From: Candidatus Heimdallarchaeota archaeon
GTDB lineage: Archaea; Asgardarchaeota; Heimdallarchaeia; Heimdallarchaeales; Heimdallarchaeaceae
Assembly (NCBI GenBank): GCA_021399395.1
Contig: JAAFKJ010000066.1
Span: 1-11,993, forward strand
Length of the DNA: 11,993 nt
Direction: 5' to 3'
The notes beneath the pieces were generated by a model, which saw only the letters and a list, made by a program, of their open reading frames with translations, was not told where the DNA came from and searched no databases. The translations under genes and the position numbers were made by a program. How positions within the stretch are numbered: the stretch's first letter is position 1; every line of letters begins with the position of its first letter. Shown piece after piece: positions 8,042 through 11,993 of this stretch.

Positions 8042-8139
8042 TTACACATTTTTGTAACTTAAATACAAAATGGTAACATTTATATATAGTCTTATGAATA
8101 CTTACATGGAACTGTAAGTTTCACCATGAAGCTGTAAGT
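8042..8139 (+). promoter_or_regulatory. Operon promoter (TATA TTTATATA, 8079-8086) flanked by TTACA-N6-TGTAA operator-like palindromes
   Basis: TTACA-CATTTT-TGTAA at 8042-8057 and ACTTACA-TGGAAC-TGTAAGT at 8100-8119. Direct repeat CATGGAACTGTAAGT (8105-8119) / CATGAAGCTGTAAGT (8125-8139). Confidence 0.65.
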
Positions 8140-8158
8140 CATGGGTAAGGTGTTAAAC

Positions 8159-8287
8159 ATGAACCACGAAGAAACACTCAAAACTTTGGATCAGGAGATC
8201 CGCAGATTAAAAGATGAAATGAACTATCTTGAAAAAGCAAGAAGGTTAGTAAGGAAGAAACAAACAAGTTATGAAATTTGTTGGTGA
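8159..8287 (+). CDS. 42-aa coiled-coil microprotein (not in the ORF track)
   Basis: MNHEETLKTLDQEIRRLKDEMNYLEKARRLVRKKQTSYEICW*. AAGGTG RBS just upstream, clean heptad pattern, and its TGA is embedded in the GGTGA RBS of the next gene. In-frame ATG at 8141 is an alternative start. Confidence 0.65.
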   Translation: MNHEETLKTLDQEIRRLKDEMNYLEKARRLVRKKQTSYEICW

Positions 8288-8292
8288 TACAG

Positions 8293-8511
8293 ATGAGAGA
8301 AAATAACTATGATGAACACATTGAAAGTTCTTTAGAAAACATAGTTGATGATATTAAGGAATCAATGAGGGTTCTTGCTAAGGATCTTAAGAGATCCATA
8401 AAAGAAATGTTAGTAGATTTAGATGAAAATCTATCAGAGCTCCGCGAAGGCTTACAAGATACATTTGAATCCGATTTTGATTCAACTCCTGGGAGGGAGT
8501 TTTATGATTAA
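8293..8511 (+). CDS. 72-aa acidic amphipathic-helical hypothetical protein
   Basis: ATG at 8293 follows GGTGA (8283-8287), which fits better than the track's TTG at 8278. MRENNYDEHIESSLENIVDDIKESMRVLAKDLKRSIKEML... The next gene starts 14 nt after the stop. Confidence 0.75.
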   Translation: MRENNYDEHIESSLENIVDDIKESMRVLAKDLKRSIKEMLVDLDENLSELREGLQDTFESDFDSTPGREFYD

Positions 8512-8525
8512 CAAGGTGATAAAAT

Positions 8526-9836
8526 ATGTCAAAAGATAATGAAATAAACGAATTGAGAGAAGAAATGGAAGAACTAAAAAATATAATTAAAAATCTTGAA
8601 AAAGCCCAATCAGAAGCTTACAAAGATTTGGATGCAGAAGAAGAGGATCACGTAAGAAAGAGATTGGAAAAAGATATTAGTAAGATGGAGAGAGAGAAGA
8701 GGCGATTACACAAAGAGTCTCTAAAACGAGAAAGACCAGACAAACCAGACAAACCAGAACATCCAATAGCCTTTCTTGACGATTTTCAGTTTGAATTTGA
8801 TACTGAAGAATTCAAAGAGAAACTCAAAGATTTGAAGAAGAAAGTTGAGAAAGCAACTAAAGAAGGAATGAAAACTGCTGAGAAAATTTCTGAGAGAATG
8901 AAAAAGGAATACAATAAATTTCTAGAAGTTGAAACTGATCGAATAACTAAATCTTCAGGACTCACTGATAAAGAGTTCAAGGAAATAAGGGATGACATCA
9001 ACCACTCCAGAAAAGATATTGATGAAGCTCAAAAAGTTGTTGAACATGAAAGAAGAAACGTCGAAGCTGTCAGAAGAACATCTTTAGGTATTCGTCGTAG
9101 ACTTGAAAGAGCCTATAGAGAGAATGACTTAGATAAACAAGTCGAAATAGAGAGAGAGTTGAAGGACAACGAACGAGATCTTATAGAGGCTATGAACGAT
9201 TTAAGCAATACAAGAGGCATAGTATCTCAAACAAAAAGAGAGTTTGCTAGATTACAAAGAAGAGCAACAAAAATACATTCTGCTCAAAAGCATAAAAATG
9301 TAAAAGTTATAAGACCTACAGATTTTGATGTTGATGGCACAATAAGTGAGTATGTTACTAAAGTAGTAGATTCAGTAGGCAAGAACCTTGAATCATCACT
9401 CAGAACTGCTTGGGGAGAAGGTAAGAAAGGAATCAAAAAAGTGATTACTATTGATGATAAAGGTGATCTTAAAGGAACTATACTTTCAAATGGCAGAGTA
9501 GCTTCAAAAGTTTTAGAAGAGTTTTACGAAGAAGCATCAGATTTGCTTTCAGCTTTAGGAGATAAAAATCGTCTTATGATTCTTAAAATTTTAGAGCTGT
9601 CTCCACAGTATCAAAAAGAACTGTCAGAAGATACAGGACTAAAAGGTGGAACATTCAAACACCATACTGATATCTTGCAGGATGAGAATTACATCACAAG
9701 AGAAGCAATTAGAGGTCGCTATTTAATAACACAGTTAGGTTTAGAAGCACTCAAGCTTTCTGAGATGATTTATTTAAGGAAGAAACAGTTAGAAGAAGTC
9801 GATGAAGACGAAGGAATAGATATAGATATTGATTAA
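8526..9836 (+). CDS. Long coiled-coil protein with C-terminal ArsR/SmtB-type winged-helix DNA-binding domain
   Basis: About 250 aa of E/K/R-rich heptads, then LLSALGDKNRLMILKIL...YQKELSEDTGLKGGTFKHHTDILQDENYITR...GRYLITQLG (ArsR wHTH), then an acidic tail. AAGGTGAT RBS. Confidence 0.85.
   Translation: MSKDNEINELREEMEELKNIIKNLEKAQSEAYKDLDAEEEDHVRKRLEKDISKMEREKRRLHKESLKRERPDKPDKPEHPIAFLDDFQFEFDTEEFKEKLKDLKKKVEKATKEGMKTAEKISERMKKEYNKFLEVETDRITKSSGLTDKEFKEIRDDINHSRKDIDEAQKVVEHERRNVEAVRRTSLGIRRRLERAYRENDLDKQVEIERELKDNERDLIEAMNDLSNTRGIVSQTKREFARLQRRATKIHSAQKHKNVKVIRPTDFDVDGTISEYVTKVVDSVGKNLESSLRTAWGEGKKGIKKVITIDDKGDLKGTILSNGRVASKVLEEFYEEASDLLSALGDKNRLMILKILELSPQYQKELSEDTGLKGGTFKHHTDILQDENYITREAIRGRYLITQLGLEALKLSEMIYLRKKQLEEVDEDEGIDIDID
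8735..8758 (+). repeat. In-frame 9-bp tandem repeat (ACCAGACAA, about 2.7 copies) encoding PDK-PDK-PE
   Basis: ACCAGACAA ACCAGACAA ACCAGA is visible directly. It encodes a Pro-rich hinge between coiled-coil segments. Confidence 0.7.
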
Positions 9837-9853
9837 TTTTTGGAGGAACCAAA

Positions 9854-10525
9854 GTGAGATTAACTGTAAAAAACCGACCCCTGAGAACAACACATAGCTT
9901 CGAATATACATTCGACAATAAGCACGTGAAACTTTCAATATCTAAAAATTCCATTCTTCTGCCAGTGTTTGATGAAAACCAAAATAGACAGATAGGTTTT
10001 CTACTTGACGGTCCCATAGGGATAATCGCTGATTTACTTGTTCATACTAAAGAAGGAGCGGTAGGGGAGATTATAGAAGATACTTATTCAACAGCTCTTC
10101 TCTTCCCCGTCCAGCTTCCATTTCTTACAAAAGATCAAGTAAAAGAAATCCCACCTTTAGAAGAAACGGAAATTTATGAAGAAATTGTAAATAAATACAA
10201 GAGCCAAATTAAACGAGAGGATTATGTTACATATGAAGAGAAGAAAGGAATTATGATCCAAACCTATGATCCTGCTTCTTTGTGGTTTATAAATAAAGAT
10301 TCCACCTTCATGGTTGGGTCAGAAGAGATTATTGCGCGAAGAGGAGAGAAACGATTAATTTGGGTTGCTAAAGATTCTTTTACAACTGTAAACCGAACTG
10401 GCCAAATTCATTCTACAACAGATTTGTTTTCAATTAGAAAAGCTCGAAAAACCTTTCACAATATTCTAGATGTACCCCTTGCATTGATATTTTCAAGTTT
10501 GGGTGAAGTCTTTACTTCCTTCTAG
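9854..10525 (+). CDS. Hypothetical beta-rich protein, fourth gene of the operon
   Basis: 223 aa, GTG start with GGAGGA RBS, 17 nt after the regulator. Its stop overlaps the convergent MTase stop (CTAG). Confidence 0.8.
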   Translation: MRLTVKNRPLRTTHSFEYTFDNKHVKLSISKNSILLPVFDENQNRQIGFLLDGPIGIIADLLVHTKEGAVGEIIEDTYSTALLFPVQLPFLTKDQVKEIPPLEETEIYEEIVNKYKSQIKREDYVTYEEKKGIMIQTYDPASLWFINKDSTFMVGSEEIIARRGEKRLIWVAKDSFTTVNRTGQIHSTTDLFSIRKARKTFHNILDVPLALIFSSLGEVFTSF

Positions 10526-11508
10526 AAACCCTTTTTTTTCTTAAGATTATTTTTTATTTTTTCTGCAATTCCCCTAGATACTATTGGAGGGACTGATTCT
10601 CCCACTTGATTAAACATTTCCTCTACAGAACCCAAGAAATGAAAAGAATCAGGATAGGTTAGCAGTCTAGCTTGTTCTCGGATTGTTAAAGGACGATTTT
10701 CAGTAGGATGAATGAATCTCGATTTACCCATAACTGTTGGACAAACATCACTTTCATCAAGTTTTATCCAGTTTCGAAACTCCCCTTTTGCGCCTCCAAA
10801 ATGAACAGCAGCATCCCCTTTTCTCATTTTGAAAGCTTTACTTTCTGCTTGTTTAGCAAAGGGAAGGATAAAATGCCCTTGATAATCATTAGGATAATTT
10901 GGTGATGGTAAATCACCAATAGCACTACTTACTGTATGCACTTTTCGAGAAGGTAGATGCAATTTAAGATTTGATATGAACACTCTCCGTCTAACACTTG
11001 GACAACCATGTTTCTCTGCAGAGATATAATTGAAATGAATCTTATCATGACCGATGGTACTAAACTCTTCTTTGATTATACTTTGTGATTCCTTTTCAGC
11101 TATAGGGATGACATTTTCAATTATAAAGAAATCAGGTTCTAAGTCACCAATAATTCTTATAGCATGAAATATCAAATCACCTTGTGGATCATGATAAAAC
11201 CGTTCCCAGGGAGTTTTCATCCTTCGAGGATTAGCGGAGGTGAATGGTTCACAAGGAGGAGATGCCAATACTACATCGATTTTATCTTGCACATGTTCAA
11301 TAATTTTTAAACTATGGATTTTCCTTATATCATTTAAAATAACTTGGGAGTTTGGAAAATTCAGCTTATATGTATTAGCTGCAGTTTCAGTTTGCTCAAT
11401 AGCAAGTAAGTCATGAAATCCTAACATGTGAAAACCAAGGCTAAATCCTCCAGCTCCAGAAAATAAATCGATAAAACTATAGGATTTAGAAGTATTGCCA
11501 GTTTCCAT
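10522..11508 (-). CDS. dcm: C5-cytosine methyltransferase (Dcm family), orphan
   Basis: Motif I DLFSGAGG, motif IV SPPCEPF (catalytic PC), motif VI ENV, motif VIII PSVRRRVF, motif IX RPLTIREQARL, motif X QVGESVPP. GGTGA RBS. Confidence 0.92.
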   Translation of the reverse strand: METGNTSKSYSFIDLFSGAGGFSLGFHMLGFHDLLAIEQTETAANTYKLNFPNSQVILNDIRKIHSLKIIEHVQDKIDVVLASPPCEPFTSANPRRMKTPWERFYHDPQGDLIFHAIRIIGDLEPDFFIIENVIPIAEKESQSIIKEEFSTIGHDKIHFNYISAEKHGCPSVRRRVFISNLKLHLPSRKVHTVSSAIGDLPSPNYPNDYQGHFILPFAKQAESKAFKMRKGDAAVHFGGAKGEFRNWIKLDESDVCPTVMGKSRFIHPTENRPLTIREQARLLTYPDSFHFLGSVEEMFNQVGESVPPIVSRGIAEKIKNNLKKKKGF

Positions 11509-11566
11509 ACTATCACCAATTAGAGGATTCGGTGTTGTTTTTGTTTATTATAATTAACTGTTAGAA

Positions 11567-11645
11567 TGGTGGGGCAGGCAGGATTTGAACCTGCGACATC
11601 CGCTGTGTGAGAGCGGCATCATAGGCCGTGCTAGATCACTGCCCC
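11567..11645 (-). tRNA. tRNA-Val (anticodon CAC), CCA encoded, no intron
   Basis: GGGGCAG/CTGCCCC acceptor stem, anticodon arm CCGCT-CTCACAC-AGCGG, T arm GCAGG-TTCAAAT-CCTGC, ACCA end. Confidence 0.97.
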
Positions 11646-11708
11646 TAAACACGGGATGATTATTGAAATATTATTTATCTCTTATGTTTGCATCTTAAAA
11701 CAGAAATA

Positions 11709-11928
11709 ATGCTCCCGAGGTTAACTCTAAACATCATATTTAGGGAATTTCCCACATCAGTTAGTTGAGCTCCTCAGGAGCAACTGTTGTCCACCAGGGT
11801 TGCCCTTACTTCATTGTGTAGAGTCCTACTCTACTCCATAGGAGCCCGTTGGTAGTCTTTGGCCTTTTATTTGCACCTTCTTTCCTAGTTAGCTATCGCC
11901 ATCTCTAGAAAGTCCTCGATAAAGGCAT
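11709..11928 (-). ncRNA. Unassigned structured non-coding RNA candidate (~215 nt)
   Basis: About 46% GC (99/216 counted over 11711-11926) in AT-rich surroundings. No sizeable ORF, at least 8 helices, several of which need G-U pairs that form only on the minus strand. BRE/TATA-like AAAAAAG-TTCAATAT upstream and a U-rich tract downstream. No known family recognised. Confidence 0.6.
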
Positions 11929-11993
11929 AATATAACTCACTGTATCTATATTGAACTTTTTTGTCTAAGACTAATAGAGAGAAGAAAAGGAGA

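Noticed and set aside
8100-8150. Repeats as a mini-CRISPR array
   Set aside because: Units are 15 bp with a 20-bp period, with no spacers and no cas genes. They fit operator sites.
3111-10905. Short ORFs 3111-3395, 4553-4780, 6678-6860, 7286-7546, 7330-7515, 8786-9001, 9751-10017 and 10708-10905
   Set aside because: All are antisense to better-supported genes and have atypical composition.
9854-11508. Type II restriction-modification pair (223-aa gene plus MTase)
   Set aside because: No convincing PD-(D/E)xK, HNH or GIY-YIG motif, and the 223-aa gene is coupled to the regulator operon. Not fully excluded, since REases are highly divergent.
11567-11645. tRNA as the attachment site of an integrated element
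   Set aside because: No duplicated tRNA 3' end or integrase was seen in the window.
11709-11928. RNase P RNA, SRP RNA, cobalamin/SAM-I riboswitch, hammerhead or group I intron
   Set aside because: Only isolated words match (GAAAGTCC, CCACCAGGGTTGCC, AGGGAA..GCAACTGT, GGCAACC/GGTGC, CTGATG, GACTA). Required partner elements are missing or in the wrong order or strand: no RNase P CR-V, no SRP helix 8, no CUGAnGA core, no P7 partner.

Overview
AT-rich archaeal chromosomal window. aEF-1beta/DUF1610, a geranylgeranyl reductase, BRE/TATA promoters and GGTGA-type RBSs establish an archaeon. An Asgard (Heimdallarchaeia-like) origin is my inference from gene content and is not proven. From left to right: the 5' part of a TnpB gene missed by the ORF track, a GAF/PAS sensor with an intact H-box but degenerate ATP-binding domain, EF-1beta with a DUF1610 Zn-ribbon, a tandem V4R/TRAPP-fold-like protein, a stand-alone C2-like protein, a GGR, a small Zn-finger, and an orphan protein. 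Then comes a four-gene operon (two helical microproteins, a coiled-coil/ArsR-wHTH regulator and an unknown protein) behind TTACA-N6-TGTAA palindromes, followed by an orphan C5-cytosine methyltransferase and tRNA-Val(CAC). The best leads are (1) an unassigned ~215-nt GC-enriched, extensively base-paired minus-strand RNA candidate upstream of the tRNA, (2) the C2-like and V4R/TRAPP-like proteins beside a lipid enzyme, and (3) microproteins that resemble segments of their cognate regulator. All calls are by-eye pattern recognition; no searches were run.
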